From Amoebophrya sp. A120 (Eukaryota > Protista > Dinoflagellata), in contig CAJINV010000005.1 in the NCBI GenBank assembly GCA_905178155.1, positions 5,523,747 to 5,587,746 on the forward strand: a DNA stretch of 64,000 bases. The letters run 5' to 3'. The notes beneath the pieces are model-generated. The model saw only the letters and a list, made by a program, of their open reading frames with translations. It searched no databases and had not been told where the DNA came from. The translations under genes were made by a program, and so were the position numbers. This document shows positions 12,401 through 27,400 of this stretch, piece after piece; within the stretch, counting starts at the first letter, position 1; each line of letters begins with the position of its first letter.

Positions 12401-15400
12401 TAGCATTACAGATTGAATTTGTGATGCGGATTTGCCTTAAGAAAAAGATTTGTCATGCATAAACGCAATTAGTACGAGCGCGATACTTTTGCAATGCATA
12501 CGAGAAGAGCAAGCGGGGAGAGAAGCTGTATTTCGACGACCCGAGGACCGCGGCGGGCTATTCCTATTCTCGCTTCCACAAGGATCTAGCGGAGCAGTAT
12601 GCTGAGGAACATCAAGATGTTGGAAAAAAATCAGCAGCTGTCGGAACAACCGGTTCGACAGGAGCGGGGGTTGCTGGTAGTAGCAGTGGGCGCACTGGAA
12701 GTGGAAGCTGCAGCAGCGCTTCTAGCGGCCAACATCAGCATGTCCCGCGCGTTGTCCCGCCGCCTCCGCCGAAAACGCGGGGGAAGGCGATTTCCCTTGC
12801 GAACTCTGTGGAGGTGCTTCAAACCACGAGTTCTGCAGCTACAGCTTGTGCTGCAGCTGCGTCTAGTGCTGCAGCTGCTGCTTGTGCAGCGTCTAGTGCT
12901 GCAGCTGCTGCGGCCGCCACGTCCGCGAATCGTTCTTTGGAGGAGATTTCACGTGAATGCGGCCACTTGATCCAGCAAGCTAACCAGCTGATTGCAGAGA
13001 AGGCGGAGCCTTGCGTGAGCAAGAACCTGGCGCCGGGGCGGACATCATCTGCAGCAGAGAACAAGCCGCGACCGCCCTTGCCCCCGTGCATTGCCGCGCC
13101 GAAGCCGCCTCCGAAGGTCCTCGTGGAGCCTTCTTTCTTCCAAGCTGGACAAGAACAGTCTTTCGATGGAACAAGTGGAAGAGCTGTAGTCCCAACCGCA
13201 CCGGACGGTCCGCAAAGTTGTACTTCTACCCAGTTTTCTTACTACCCCAGCGCGAGGACATCATCAGACCACCAGCTGTGCGTCGACCCGCCGTATCCAG
13301 GCGGTTTTCTTGCGAATGACAGCATTCATTTTCAACAGTTTGGAGACGTCAGCATCTTCACACCAGGCAATAGAACGAGTGCTAGTGCTGGGAAAACTTC
13401 ATGGGCACAGATGGGTGAGGACAACGACATGGCAACTGTTGTACCTCGTGGTCCCACACAAGGCGCAGCTGCTGCAGCCTCTTCGTCCGAAGGTGATGTT
13501 ATTTCGGTCGTAAGCACCAGCCCGGATGAACCTGAGGAATCCAGCGCGGACGCAGCGCAGCGGGATCTGCACGAGAGAGCCATGGAAGCATTGCAGTACT
13601 TCCTGAGCAACGGAAACGGTGAGGACAAAAACTCGCCCTGCCCAGAAGTACAAGTAGACCAAAGTAGAACCACCGGTACTACTCCCTCCTATCCGTATCC
13701 GATGCAAATGAAACCTCCCACCGCTTCCTCCGCCGAGAATCAGGCCAAGAGCGAGAATATCCTGTGCAAAAGTATCATACTCGTAGTAATTGCAGGTATG
13801 CATGACAGATTTCCTTTCCAAGGTGAAACAGCATGATAAACTCAATTTTTCATGCTGAGAAAATTTGTAATGCAATTTATGCTAGTACGATGCTTTTGCA
13901 ATGCATAGAGAAAGCGTTTCTGGAAGAGTTCTCCAACAAGACGGCGAAAATTATGGAAGCGTCAGGTTTGAAATCGTGAAAGTTGAAATAATTTGTAATG
14001 CATAAAATGCATGACCCGAGGTACGTGTGTTGCAGAGCAGGCAAGTGAGGCCGATTGTAGGCCTGTTTGGGGTTACAGCTCGAGCTGCTAAAGTAGCATG
14101 AGAAAATCACTCTTCTTTGCCGAAACAGCATGACAAACTGGATTTAGGGACCACCGAAATTTGTCATGCGCCACTTGGAATCTGGGTTCCAACTAGCATC
14201 CATTTTATGCATGACAAATTATTTCAACTTTGTCGATTTCAACTCTGACACATCCATAAAAATTCGGAACAAGTTCGAGAACCTGAAAGCCGAAACGGTC
14301 CCGGAGCAGGAGGCGTTTCTGGAATTGATCAAAGGCTTCCACGACATCCAGAAAGTGCTCGACTCTGCCGACGCGGCAAACGCCGTGGGGGAAGTGAAGA
14401 GAGGCATTGGGTTATTACAATGAAAAATGCACCCACGACCCCAGAACTCTGCATCAGAAAGATTCATACTCCTTGCATGTGTAACAGTTGAAACGGAGCC
14501 CCCGGAAAGTCCGGGGCCCTCCGTACAAACCGGCACCTGCATAAAATTTATGCTATTGGAAAACAACGACTTTGTGCATTTTTTATACAAATGGAGGTTT
14601 TGCAGGGGTGCCCATTCACACCGTACTGGGTTACCGATTACACAGCACGGGCCCGGACGAATCAGGTCAGCCCGTTTGAAACAGGTCAGCCCGTTTCGCC
14701 CAGGGCCCAAAACAACACAAAAGAAGCTCGGCAGCCAGGTGCGCTTCGCGCTGCCACGGCGCCCGTCAAATTGAAAGACCGCGCAAGCAGCTCGGCTACG
14801 CGCCACAGCATCAGCCCCATTGATTCGCGAAAAGTGGCATATAACTCGTCCGTCGGTTCGTCGAGCGAACCACTGTCAGAGCGCCGCTACGGTGCCAACC
14901 GTACAACCGCCAACAGAAACATGATAAAGCCGGCCCTTCGTTCCGCATAGTCGCTACTGCCTCATCGCGCGCGCGCGCGCTATGTCGCCAGCTCGCCGCC
15001 CGCCTATCGTCTCCCGTGTCGTGTCGGCCGACAGGGCGCGGGCGCGCGCGGCTGCGGCACATGACAGGCGCGGGCTCTCGTCGCTCCGTCTGCCGCACCT
15101 TTCTACTTTTTTCGGTACGGAGGTGCCGATTTTCACACCGGGTTTTTGTATGTTTTCTACATTTCCCCGTGTGTTTTTTGTAGAAATCATACTTTTCTTC
15201 CATACATATTACTCTTGGAGGTGCCCGATTGTCCAGGGGTACCGGTTTGATCAGTTTTACATGCATGACAAAAAGTTTTCATTTGGAAACTTCGCATAAC
15301 AAATTATTGCAACTTTGGGGGTCGGTGGGGGCATTTTTCACGGTGATATGGGTTCACGAAAAGCTGCTTGGACCGGGCCTGGTCCATTTTGCAGGAGTTT

Positions 15401-18400
15401 GTATTCTGTGCAAAAGTATCGTACTCGTACCAATCGCAGTCATGCAAGACAAATTTCTTTTTTAAGCTCAATCAGCATGAGAAATTCCATTTGTCATGCT
15501 GAGCTAATTTGTATTGCAATCCTACGAGTACGATACTTTTGCACTGCATAGTTTGGAATGCATGTCGACGAAGAGAGGTTGAATGCGAGTTACGAGAGAC
15601 TGTTCGGGGATGCCGACGCAACGCCGGAAATGTATGAACTGCAAAAGCATCGTACTAGTACAAATTGCATTACAAATTTTCTCAGCATGACAAATGCAAT
15701 TTGTAATGCTGTTTTACCTTAGGAAGAAGATTTGTCATGCATATTTTGAAATTAGTACGAGTGCGATACTTTTGCACAGCATAAAATGGTGAAAAAAGCC
15801 ATGGAGGAAAGAATGAAAACGCTGCAGGAACAGCGTGATAGAAGTACTACAGCTATGCGCGATAAAGTCGGTGACCACGGGAAAAATAAGGAGAGTGCTT
15901 CTAGTAGTAGTGGCCATCAAGAAACTCCAGCTCCTGCTAGAGCAGCGTATTCTTCTGTCTCAGCCTCTTCCCCTTCTTCTAGCAGCAGTGGGGTATTGTC
16001 CGGCTTCGGTCCTTTGCCCGACTCCACGGCAGACTTGCTGCCCATCGGGCCTTTTGCGGTTGTGCAGCAGGAGATGGACTCGGACTTGCGAAATGCAAAT
16101 GCAGCAGGACGAGAAGAACAAGAACATGCCACACTATCTGGAGCAGGAGGACAAAAACAACCAACGCGCACGGTGGAAATGACGGAAGCGGATTTTGTAA
16201 AATTTGTCGCGGAAGCGAAGAAATCTGCGGCTGGGCTCAACATAACGGAGACGGATTTACTGGGAGCAGGAGAACAAGCCGGGGGGATGAAGGGAAGTAC
16301 ATGCGGAAAGGAAGAAAGCCAAATCAGGGAGTTCGCAGCGGCCATGCAGAAATGGTGTGAGGAAAGTGAAAAAAGGATAGAAGCGAACTGCGGAAAATCC
16401 TCGTCATCTGGAGCTGCGGGTGGTGCAGCAGTGCAGGGCAACAATGCCTTTTCAACGCCACTCTGTGGAGGTTCCGCTGGCGTCAAGGCGTTCGGCTATC
16501 CGGCGCCGGCTTCTAGTGATGCAGGAGTAGAGCAGGCGCAGCAGCTGCAGGAGCTGGTGCAGCAGTTTGCTTACGGAACAGGTGCAGCAGCTGCAGGAGC
16601 AGCTGCCGCAGGACCAAAATCGAAAGCGAAGGGAGAGGTGTCGTTGCAAAAAACTCTCGCCAAAACGAAGGCCCCGCCTCCTTCAAAGCCAGCACCCAAA
16701 ACTTCCGCTTCGTCTAGTAGTAACCCGAAGGGGGCCACAGCAGCAGGAGCTCCTGCTGCTGCAAAGGGTAAAACCAAGCAGAAAACCCAGGAGCAAACTC
16801 TCGAGGAGAGTAAAAAGGCGGACCACCAGCTCCGGAAGCAAATCGCCCAGTCGGTGAGAAACACGATTGACTTGCACCTTGCTGACCCAAACACTTCACC
16901 GGAGGAATTGCAAAGGTTGAAACGACTTCAGGACAAAATCATCCCGACGTGTGACTTGATTGTGCGGTCGAAGGCCGAGATCAAAAACCTTCCGCGGGAC
17001 CAGGTGTTGCAAATCCAAGAGATGCAACGGGAATTCAAAGCGATGGAGGCGGAAGTAGATAAGCGCACGGACGCCGCGCAGCGGGAAAAAGCCGCGCAAT
17101 TGATCGAGCAAGCGGCGAGCAAGATTCAGGGGGCGTTAACCCAGGGCGAGGAAATGAAGAAAAAAGCAACGATGGCCGTGAAGGCACAAATGCTGGAGCA
17201 TTTGAATGCTGCATCAAAGGGAACATCATCAAGGGGAGCTCCTACAGGCGAAGAAGAAGTAGATGCTCATGCTGCTGTTATCAAGGGCGGGAGGATGTCG
17301 AAAAAGAAGAAAAAACAGATGAGAGAGGAGCAAGACGCGGAGCAGCAGCGCGATGATATCCGTGGTCGCGACAACATGCTAGCCACCGAGGAGGGTAGGG
17401 CATTCAAAAATAGAGTCGAGCTGAACGACGGTGGTAATCCGTTGTGTCATGGAAGTAAAGATGAGTTCCCCGAGGTGATCGACTGCAGTGATGATGACGA
17501 CGAAGCAAAGTTGGAAAAGTTCTACAACGATCAAGCTGAAGCTGTGACGCATGACATGGTCGCAATGGCAAATGCCTCGAAAGCCATGGACTATGTGCTG
17601 GGCAGGTGTGGTGACCTTTTGGACCGTCACGTTGAAGACCCGCAGCTGCGCCGCGAACTGCAGCTCCGCCGCGAGCAGCAGTTCCCTGGAAACAACAAAA
17701 TTGCGAGCATGTTCGACGAATCGGACTATGTTGAGGATGCGTGGGCTGTGGACAAAAGGACAAGCAACGCCGGAATGGTAGTAGATCACCAGGAGACGCC
17801 ATCAGCTGAGACAACCGCGAATTATCTCGACGAAGAAGAAGCTCCTGGGTTGCCGTCTTCAGCCTCAAAGCCGAAGAGGAACAAGAAAAAGTCCACGACC
17901 GCCACCAAGTCGAAACCCACTTCCGCGCTAGCGAAGTTGCAGAAGGAGTTGCAACAAAATGTGAAGAATTCGGAGGCTTATCAGAAGGAGAAGGAGGAAC
18001 AGGAGAAAAAGCGGAGACTAGAGCTGGAAAAGGAAGCCGCAGAACAGGGGGAGATATCCTGTGCAACAGTTGTATCGTGCTACTCTTTGGATTTGCACAT
18101 GCAATCTTGCATGAGAGATTGAGATGTTTTCTGCTGATTCTGCATGGCAAATTCCATTTCCCGCCTTCGAGCAAAAAAATTTGTGATGCAAGTACTACTA
18201 GCGCGATACTACTTGTTTTGCAATGCATAGGAGAGAAGGCGTCTCGCGGAGGAGTACAAGGTGCAACAGGAGGAAAAGATCAAGTATCACAAGGAAAAAT
18301 CCCCCCTCCCCATATCGAAAGGAAGTTTCTGATGCTGGACGTGCGCATACAAATCAGGTTTGTCTTGCAGTAGAGGACAGCAGGCTCCTGCCAAGCCTGA

Positions 18401-21400
18401 GTAGAGAGCCTTTGGACTAGGCGCTTAGCATGAGAAACGTCTATGCTGTAGGCCCAACAGCATCACGAACCACCTGCACAATGCGGCAGAGCCTGTGGAG
18501 TTGTCTTCTTGCAAGACAGACGTGATTTGTGGCCTCAAATCAGCAACACAGCATACCTTTTCGATATGGGGCGGGGGGATCTTTCCTCTCAATATCAAGG
18601 AAGAGCTCGCTTTGAAGCAAGAAAGGGAGCAAAAAGCGAGGGAGAGACAAGCCGAGAAGGAGAAGCAGAAAAAACAATTAGCGAAGCAACAGGCGCTGGC
18701 CAAGGCTGCGGACAAAAGAAACAGTAACGCAGGTGGGTTGATGGCCGCGAGTTTCGCGGATGTGGATCAGCTAGTACCAGACCACGCTTATTCAGACACG
18801 AGATCTGAGTTGAGCGCTAGCTGCAGTGCGGCGGACCAACAACTTCCGATCTCTCCATCTGGTGGAGCAGGAAATAAATCATCTTTACCGGCTTCCCCCG
18901 CCGCTGGTCCGAAAATATCCAAGGCTGTGGCGCAATCGCAATCCCCGTCGCATAATCTCCACTCCTCCGCGGCAAAACATTGTCCGTCCGTACGGACGAC
19001 GCCGAAATCTGCGGGTGTCAGCGGGTCTGCATTGGTTGTAACTCCTGCTGGGCCCCCGCTGCAACAGCAGCTGCAGCAACACAGCGGTTGTAGTTCATCG
19101 TCCCAAAATCCCAACACCCCGTTCCCGAGTGGAGGTACCAGTCGGAATAAAAACACGTCAGGCGAGAGCACGACCGCGTCGAGCATGTCAGCTGGTGGGT
19201 CTAGCACCACGACTGCGGCCTGCAGCTCCGCTGTGGGGAGTGGTGCCAGCCCGACGTACAGTGCGTGGTCGATCGGAAATTCGCCGAAGGTCCAGGCAGA
19301 GTTGCAGCAGCAGGCTGGTGCCACTACTGGGGGCTCCTCCGGTACAAATCGTATGACAGGTAGCGCACCTCCTCGCGGGCCTCCGCCCCCTCCACCGAAA
19401 CCTGCAAGTGGCGTCGCGGCCGGGGACGCAGCTGGGAAGATGAAACATCCGAAAGAGAAAGCTTTCGGTAGCTGCTCCGGCTCCGCTGGTGGTGAACAAC
19501 AAGAACCAAAGGGCCCTGCTCTTTCTCATCAAGTTAGTACAACTCAATCAGGAGGCTCTAGTACAACTTCCTGTAGTGTATTCCAACCGCCACCTGGGTC
19601 GTTGGAGTCGCTAGAGTGTGTGGACCTTCACAGTCGTGGCAGTGACAACAAGAAAAAGGAACATGACGTCGTCGCACAGAAAGGGCGCAAAGCATCTAAA
19701 CAGAAGTCGCAAGGAGCCCACCCGCAGCAGATACCTGCGCAAGACTACAAGGGCGCAGAGGCGACGTTTTTGCGGAGGATGGGCGTTGGAGGTACTTCTA
19801 AGGGCGCAGCAGGTACTACTTCTAGTTCTACGGCAGGCTCTTCAACAGGAGCATCGGGACCACCACAACCACTTGCAGGCCCACCTCCTGGGATCTTCAC
19901 GGGCGGTGCTGCTGCTGGTGATGTAAGAACAACTTTTACGTCATCAGGTGAACATCAGACAGTGCAGAGCAAGCAGCCTCTAGTACAACCTGTCGGCCGT
20001 GTCAGTCCGTTGGAAAACCTCTCTCCTGACCTGCTGGCCGCCCTGCCGCCGACAGTTGGTGGACCTGGACATCCCGAAGGAGATGAGCTGCTAGTAGGCT
20101 TGGATTGTCAACATGTTGGTCCGCTCGACCACCTTGCAGTAGAAGAAGTAGAACTTCATCACCACCAGCAAGACAAGTGGTCTTCCGCCTGTGTGCTCGA
20201 CGCGAACGATGCTGAAGTGACAGACCCCGAACTCGTCTCGCGGAACACGAGCAAATTTACCTCCCATATCCCACGAAAAAACTGTTTCACTGTGATGATT
20301 TTGCAATATCTGCATCACAAATTTGCTAAACATGACTCGGAAAACTTGCCATGCGCGCTTCCCAAGGGAAAACACGCTTCAAAATCCAATGTCTTGCAGG
20401 TGTAGCAAGACAAACACCTTGGTGCTTCGTTCTCTGCATCACAAGTTCACAGAGAAACAGTTCTTTCTTGCGATATCCCACAGCCGGACTCGAAGTACGA
20501 GCACGGCGCAGGAAGACCAGCCGGATTGCGAGCCGGAGCCGGGTCCGGATCCTCTTCTGATTATGGAACTGTCAGGATTGAAATTGACAAAGTTGAAAAA
20601 TTTGTGATGCATTAAATGCATGACAAGCAGCACGTGTGTTGCAGAGCAGGCAAGTGAGGCCGATTGCAAGCCTGTTTGGGGTTAGAGCTCGAGCTGCTAA
20701 AGTAGCATGAGAAAATCAGGCTTCTTTGCCTAAACAGAATGACAAACTGGATTTAGGGATCGCCAAAATTTGTCATGCACCAATTGGAAACTGGGTTCCA
20801 ACTGGCATCCATTTTATGCATGACAAACTATTTCAACTTTGTCGGTTTCAATCCTGACACACCCATACAGATGGAAGGCACAGTAGTTGTGCAGGGAAAT
20901 CATCAGCAGGTTGGACCACAACAGCGCCACACGTCGATCAGTCCCCTTCTCGACCCGGTTATTCAACCTACCACCCCCGTCCACATGAGCAGCACCGCTG
21001 GGCCCATATCACCGACGAGCGAATTGTTTTCCCGAAAGGGGCTGTGCGGTCCGAGTTTGCTACTGGACCCGTTGAAGCTAGATGAACAGCCACCGGGCTT
21101 ACCTACCCCGTCGCACTACCCACCTCCTGCACAGCAGGTCGTGGGCCCTCGTGCACGTTCGTCGTCTTCAACTTCATGCGCCGCTGGTACTATTAAAAAC
21201 AGCACGACAATAGAGCAACCAGCATTGAGCTCGCAACTTTATTCCGCCCCCTCGCCCTACGCAGCTGCCCTCACGCCGAAGTCTCCGTTTGGCGACACGT
21301 TTTTTGCCTTCGAGCCATCGCCGCACGGTTCGGAAAAGTCAGGCTCGAGTCCGGACCTGGCAGGGATGAAAGACGGCTCTTCTGGTGCAGCAGTCGAGGA

Positions 21401-24400
21401 GTTAGTAATTCCGCCTAGTGTAGAGGACCTCATGGGGCCGCAAAACTTGCTTCTTGGAAGTGCTTTCACAGAAGATCATGTGCCGGCTTCATCAGGAGCA
21501 GAACAACATCAAAGTGGTCATCTTCAAGTAGACAGCTCTCATCTGCAAGAACTCGTCTCATCTTCACAAGACCCTCTGAATCTGAGTTACAACTTGGATT
21601 TCGGCGACGCGCTTTTCGATCCCGAGATGCTGGCGGAGGCAGAACAAGCGGATGAGCAGATATCGTGAGAAAAAAGTGTTACAGGTACACACTCTGACGC
21701 AAGGCAAGCAAGACTGACAACCTCTGTCATGCAGGAAATGCTTGCCAGCGTCACTTCATTTGTGTTTTCCCTTTAATATGGTCTGCGCATTACAAGTTTT
21801 TTGCTCCATGCAGAGCTAATTTGTCATGCTGAAATTCCAAGAAGTGTGTAACTGTACCTGTAGCACTTTTTTCCTGTGATAGCAGAGGTCTCTGGATCAG
21901 TTGCCAGGAAACTTCACCGGCTTGACGGGCAGTAGATTCTTAGCTGGAGTTACAGGACGGACGATGTTGAAGAACTCAGCTGAGAATAATGTTGCCTCGG
22001 TTGGTCTTGGTGTTTATGTTCCTGCAGAAGTCTCGGTCTCGCCAGAGACACGGCCGCCACCAGGGCCGCCTGCTACTGGGGCCCCCGACGTCGTGTCTCC
22101 ATCTTCTGCTACTCCAGCAGTTATCACGACCGAATCCCTGTTGGACCGGGTCGGGCAAACGTTCCTGAAAGAAGCCGGCACGAGAAGCACTACGACTTTC
22201 AAAGTAGCCGGTGCTCCGACAACGTCGAAACAGCCTGGTGGTGCGGGACCAGCTGCCTATCAAATGTAAAAATGTCTGGGTCTGGAAGAATGCAACTTGT
22301 CATGCTAAATCTGAAGCATGCAAAAATCTGTGTTGCATGATTACCAAAAGTCGTCCAGTTTTGACCAAGTCGCGAGGGGGTTTCTCATGCAGGATAGGCA
22401 TGAGAGAGATCGCACAAAATCTGTCATGCTAGGCCCTGCATTCCAGACCTCGTGGGTCATGAGAAAGCTGCATGACAAATCGCGCATTCTTCCAGACCCA
22501 GACATTTTTACATTTGATACTGCCGTTGCCGATACAAGAAACGCAACTTCCTTTACAGTCAAAGACCTCGCTATGGACAGAACCTCAGGCAGGTTGATGC
22601 CGGATTTTTTGAAAAAAGTGGAATATCAAATGCAAAAATGTCTGGGTCTGGTGGAAGAATTCATGTTTGTCATGCTTGTCTGGCATGACTGTTAAATCTG
22701 TCATGCACGTTACACAAGAGCTCCGTTTTTCTGTCATGCAGAAGCGCAGTTTGTCATGCAGAATAGGCAACACCTAGGAGCTCAGAAACTTGTCATGCTG
22801 AGCCAGCATCTGTAGCCTCATCATGAGATGCCACCCAGCATCACAAGTTTCCAGACCCAGACATTTTTACAGTTGATATGGAAGGGAACTTGACCAAAGA
22901 CCCAGTTCCGGTTGGATTGATACCGCGAACAACCGGAGAAGAAGAAGATGAAGGAACAGCAGCTCTGCGTAGTTCCCCAGAGGCAGAGGATCTGGATCCT
23001 GCTGATGTGGATGTCGAGCACGGCAACGACAACGAGGAATTGCTGAAAAAGCTGCAAGATACGTTTTTCGAAAATCTTTCCTCCGGCCAGGATTTATTGC
23101 ACAAGAACTCCCAGGAACAAGCGCAAGGGCAAGCGGATGACGGAAAAACCAGCTACATTCCCTGGTATGTTTACAACCCGGACCAGGTCTTTTCCTCCCA
23201 AGCCGAGCCCTACTACCAAACCCTGACCACGCGCTCCTATGGTCCGCTTTATCCCGACAAATACGAAGTCTCTAAGTGGGCGTGGGCGTATGCCAAGGGA
23301 TTGATCGTCGACCGCCTTGTGTTGCTGTTTCAGCTGGTAGCGAACAGTTGTCCTGGGCCAGCTCCTGCTGTTCCCGGGAAGAGAACATCAAGGAACAAAG
23401 GAGCCGATAGAAGGAGCTCTCCTGCAGCTTATCGTGCAAGAAATAATGATGCTAGATCAGAACATCACGATGAAGAGCGGCAACAAGATGAAAGCGCCCG
23501 ACTTTACGACCTCTTCAGCACCGCTCTCGAAACTGACGCACTCCCGGGGCAGGAATACAAACAGCACTACAAACTGCCCAAGGCAACGCGCTCGAAATTG
23601 CGGGAACAAATGGGCGGGGTAGAACCAGAAAGCAAGGATAAGGAAGTAGAGTCGTTCAACACTGGAGGTGGACAACATCAAGATGTTGAACAAGATGATC
23701 TCGAATCGCTCGGATTCGACCAAGCAAAGCAACGGCAATATTTGATCTACAAGAGGGTTATCCGTTTGATGAACCAATTTGCAACGGAAAAAGCAGCCTT
23801 TGCCCTGTGGGTCGCGCTCATGGCCTTCCGGATGACAACCTTGAGCCCCTGGAGCGAAACAGATAGCGAGGCAGCGGCCGCGACGGCTCCCTACGCGAAC
23901 CCGAAAATAGGCACGGGTGCTGCGAATGTTGTTCCCAAGTGGAAGCAGAAGTTGCAACAAGAAAAAGAACAGATGACGACAGCTGGTGTTAGTACATCGA
24001 GCTTCTCTGCTTTCACGGAAACCAAAATTTCCGCTGAAGACTGGGCCTTTTTCGTCGCGAACGGCGGGTTTCTGTCCGGGGAAGGTGTCCTCGACCAGTA
24101 TGAGGACGGTCACAGTCGACTGAACCAAACCGCGCTTGGATTGTTGGGCGGGCGAGGTGCTGGAATAGGAACAACTGGTGCCAGCACATCAAGCAGTTCC
24201 ACCTCCAGAGGGGGTCTAGGTCTACGTCACGGCCAAAAAGAACATGAACAGCACGAACCATACCACCGCCCGAAAATCATCACGACCCTGAAAGCGAAGT
24301 GGAAGCAAGACGTTTTCAATGACAATTTGCTGAAAAAGGTTTGGTTCGCGCCCGCCCTGTCTGGTGGAAATAGGCAGAAGCACAGCAGGTTCGGCCTCTT

Positions 24401-27400
24401 GAGACGGCAGAGTACCTACCCGAAAGACGGGCGGAGACAAAGTTCGCAAAATCACCCCATGTTCAACGAGAGGGACCTGCAAAACGCGATCAAATTGCTG
24501 CGCAACTTCTTTGCCAGCCGCTCCAACGCTCTCTGTGCGTTCAGTAACGATTTGGCGAGCGTTTTGGTTTCTAGTACAACTTCGGGGCCAGCACCAGCAG
24601 GGTCTGGATCAACATCTCGAGGGTCTGGAGCCGGATCAGTACCTACAAGAACTGCTGCTGCTTCGGGATCGGATCCTCGTGAAGCGATTTTTGCTCCTCC
24701 CAAGAACGAAGACTATGCCAAAAATCATCCAGCTTCGTCTAGTACCGTTCCACCTCGCGCAGCCTATGTTTCTGAGCTGTTTCGCACGTTGGAAGAGAAG
24801 GGGCAGGCTGTGCCCATCAGTTCCTCGACTGGGATGGCCCAAGACGCCGCCGCTGCCTGTGCACTAGCGATCAAAGAGATAGTCGCTCCTACTGCTACTA
24901 CTTTAGTAGACCTCCCACCGGGATTAGAAGAGGCTACTACGACGTGGTCTCCTGTCGAATCTGGCTACAAAGTCGCGCTGCCCTCTGGGTCGCTCGAAGA
25001 GGACGAAGACCCGGAAAAGTATGCGAATGTAAATTTCCTGTACATGTACAACAAAATGCATGACAAATTTCGCTACCTTACATCAGAGCCCAGCTTGTCA
25101 TGCTGCACCAGGATTGAAGGCAAGTTTTGTCATGCAGAAACCACATTTGTACGTGTACGGGAAATTTACTGTGGATAAAAAGCTTCTGGACAGTTTGAAC
25201 GACGAAATCTTTGGGCCCTCGCCGACGCTTACCAAATGTAAAAATGTCTGGGTCTGGAAGAATGCAACTTGTAATGCGTATTTCAGAACACAGAAAAGTC
25301 TCTCATGCATACGTAGCGAAAGCTCCCACTTTTTGCCAGCAAAATAGGGGACTTGTCATGCGGATTCGGCATTGCGGAAGGTTCTCGAAACCTGTGATGC
25401 TAGAGCTTCCATGCCAGGCCTTCTGTGTCATGCAAAAACAGCATGACTCTTCCAGACCCAGACATTTTTACATTTGATAACGCTGCAGCGAGATGAAAAA
25501 ATATCGTTGCCCCCCGGGCTAGAGGAACTGGGACCGATGGAAGGGTTTGGGTTTGCGCAACCGACGCAAGGAGAAGCAACAAGTGCACGTGGTGTTGCGC
25601 CAGCGGCACGACCAGCAGGTGCAGGAGGTGCAGAAGCTGGAGCTGCCTCATCGTCAACGTCCACGGCTTCACGAGGACGTGTCGATTCATCGATGAAAAC
25701 AAAATCTTCTCCGGCACAACAAGCCACCTCGAAATTATCCACGATGAACACGCAGGCGCCGGAGTTTGTTCCCAGGGACCTCCAGAGAGGTGGACCGCAG
25801 GGCGCAGGCACCGTCGGTGGTCGAGATGGTGGAACAATAAATGCTGGCGTAGCTGCTTCATCTACTACTTCTGCTGCATCTCCTGGTGCGAACCATCATG
25901 GGGGCGGTACAGGAGCGAATTACAACTTCAATGTGAACGTCAACAACTTCTTTTTTCCCCAGCAGCACCAGCATCCGCAACAGGCCGGTGCTGTCGATTT
26001 AGGTGATGGCAGTAGTAGTTCTCCAATTGAAAGTGGGATGATGCAGTTCCCGTTTATGAATATGAATATGCCCGGCGGTGGTGGACCAGCAGCAGCAGCT
26101 GCTATGGGTACTATGGGACCTCCAGGCGCACCGCAGCTGCACCAGATGGGCGGAAACCCAGCAGGAGCCGTTTTCAACAGCATGAAGAACATCCAAAACT
26201 GCATGCAACTCCGCCAAGCGATGCAAGCAAGCATGATGGGCAATAATATGCAAGCCGCGTGGGCAGCCGCGGCGGCGGCTGCGGGGCATCAACACCGGTA
26301 TAACCAGCACCAAGCTGTTGCACAGCAGATGATGCAGGCACAGAGCCTACAGCAGCAACAGTATCAAGTGTAAAAATGTCTGGGTCTGCAAGATTGCAAC
26401 TTGTCATGCTGTTTTTGGACTCTAAAAAATTCTGTATTGCATGACCAGCAAGAGGAGCGCCGATTGTGCTACACGGACAGGGCATTTCTCATGCGGAAGG
26501 TGCATCAGGAAGACCTCTAAATATCAGCGATGCTAGGTCATGCATTACAGGCATCTTGGGTCATGAGAAATATGCATGACAAATCTTGCATTCTTCCAGA
26601 CCCAGACATTTTTACATTTGATAAACAGATGATGGCTGCGAAAGCTGCCGAGGCGGCCTGGTGGCAACAACAGTACCACCAGCATTGTGCTGGTGAGCAA
26701 CAGCAGCTAGGACATATGGATCAGCATGCTGCATCGGGAGTTGTAGATCCAACTGGAGCATCAAGTTCTGGCGCTTCTGCACCATCATCTTCGACGCACC
26801 AGCAGCAGCAGGAGATTAGGATGCCAGGACTTCTGGCCGCCGGTGCTGCTGGACGCCGCGACAGAACTTCTACGGTAAACTACCCGATGAAAAAATCTTC
26901 CACGACAGCACCTCCGACCGAGCCGTACAACTCCCCTGCCGATTTTAAGGATTTTCCCGAGCACGTACAAAGCCAGCTCTTGCAAGCCGCAGAAAGGCAA
27001 ACTGCAGTGCAAGAGGCAGAGCAAAACGCAGGGCAGTTGGTGGACAAGGCAGAAAGGGCTGCTGCTGCTGCTGCTGCATCTTCTTCTTCCGCAGGACCGG
27101 GGGCAAGAGGAACGCCGGCCAGCACAGGAGGGAGTACTACTAGAACTGCCGCCATCCCACTTAGTCTTCACGACCAAGAACTGGAGGAGCAACGTGTAAT
27201 GGATGTTGACCACCCAGGAGGAGAGTTGCACGTCGCGACATCCAGCGCACACACACAAAGACAAAGGATGAATCTTTTTCGCGGGCCGCCTCAGGCAGCG
27301 CACCCGTGGAAGCCATTTATCAAAAAACCTGGAGCAGCGGGCGGAGCAGGAGGAGGCTCTGGCTCTGCCAGCAGTGGTGCTGCTGGAAATAAGTACAGGA

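Noticed and set aside
12839-12915. Tandem GCTGCAGC/GTCTAGT repeats
   Set aside because: Coding slippage repeat encoding an Ala/Ser tract; ordinary low complexity.
14591-14950. 119-aa ORF inside the long type K element as a transposase
   Set aside because: Too short, low complexity and no DDE, HTH or zinc-finger motif visible.
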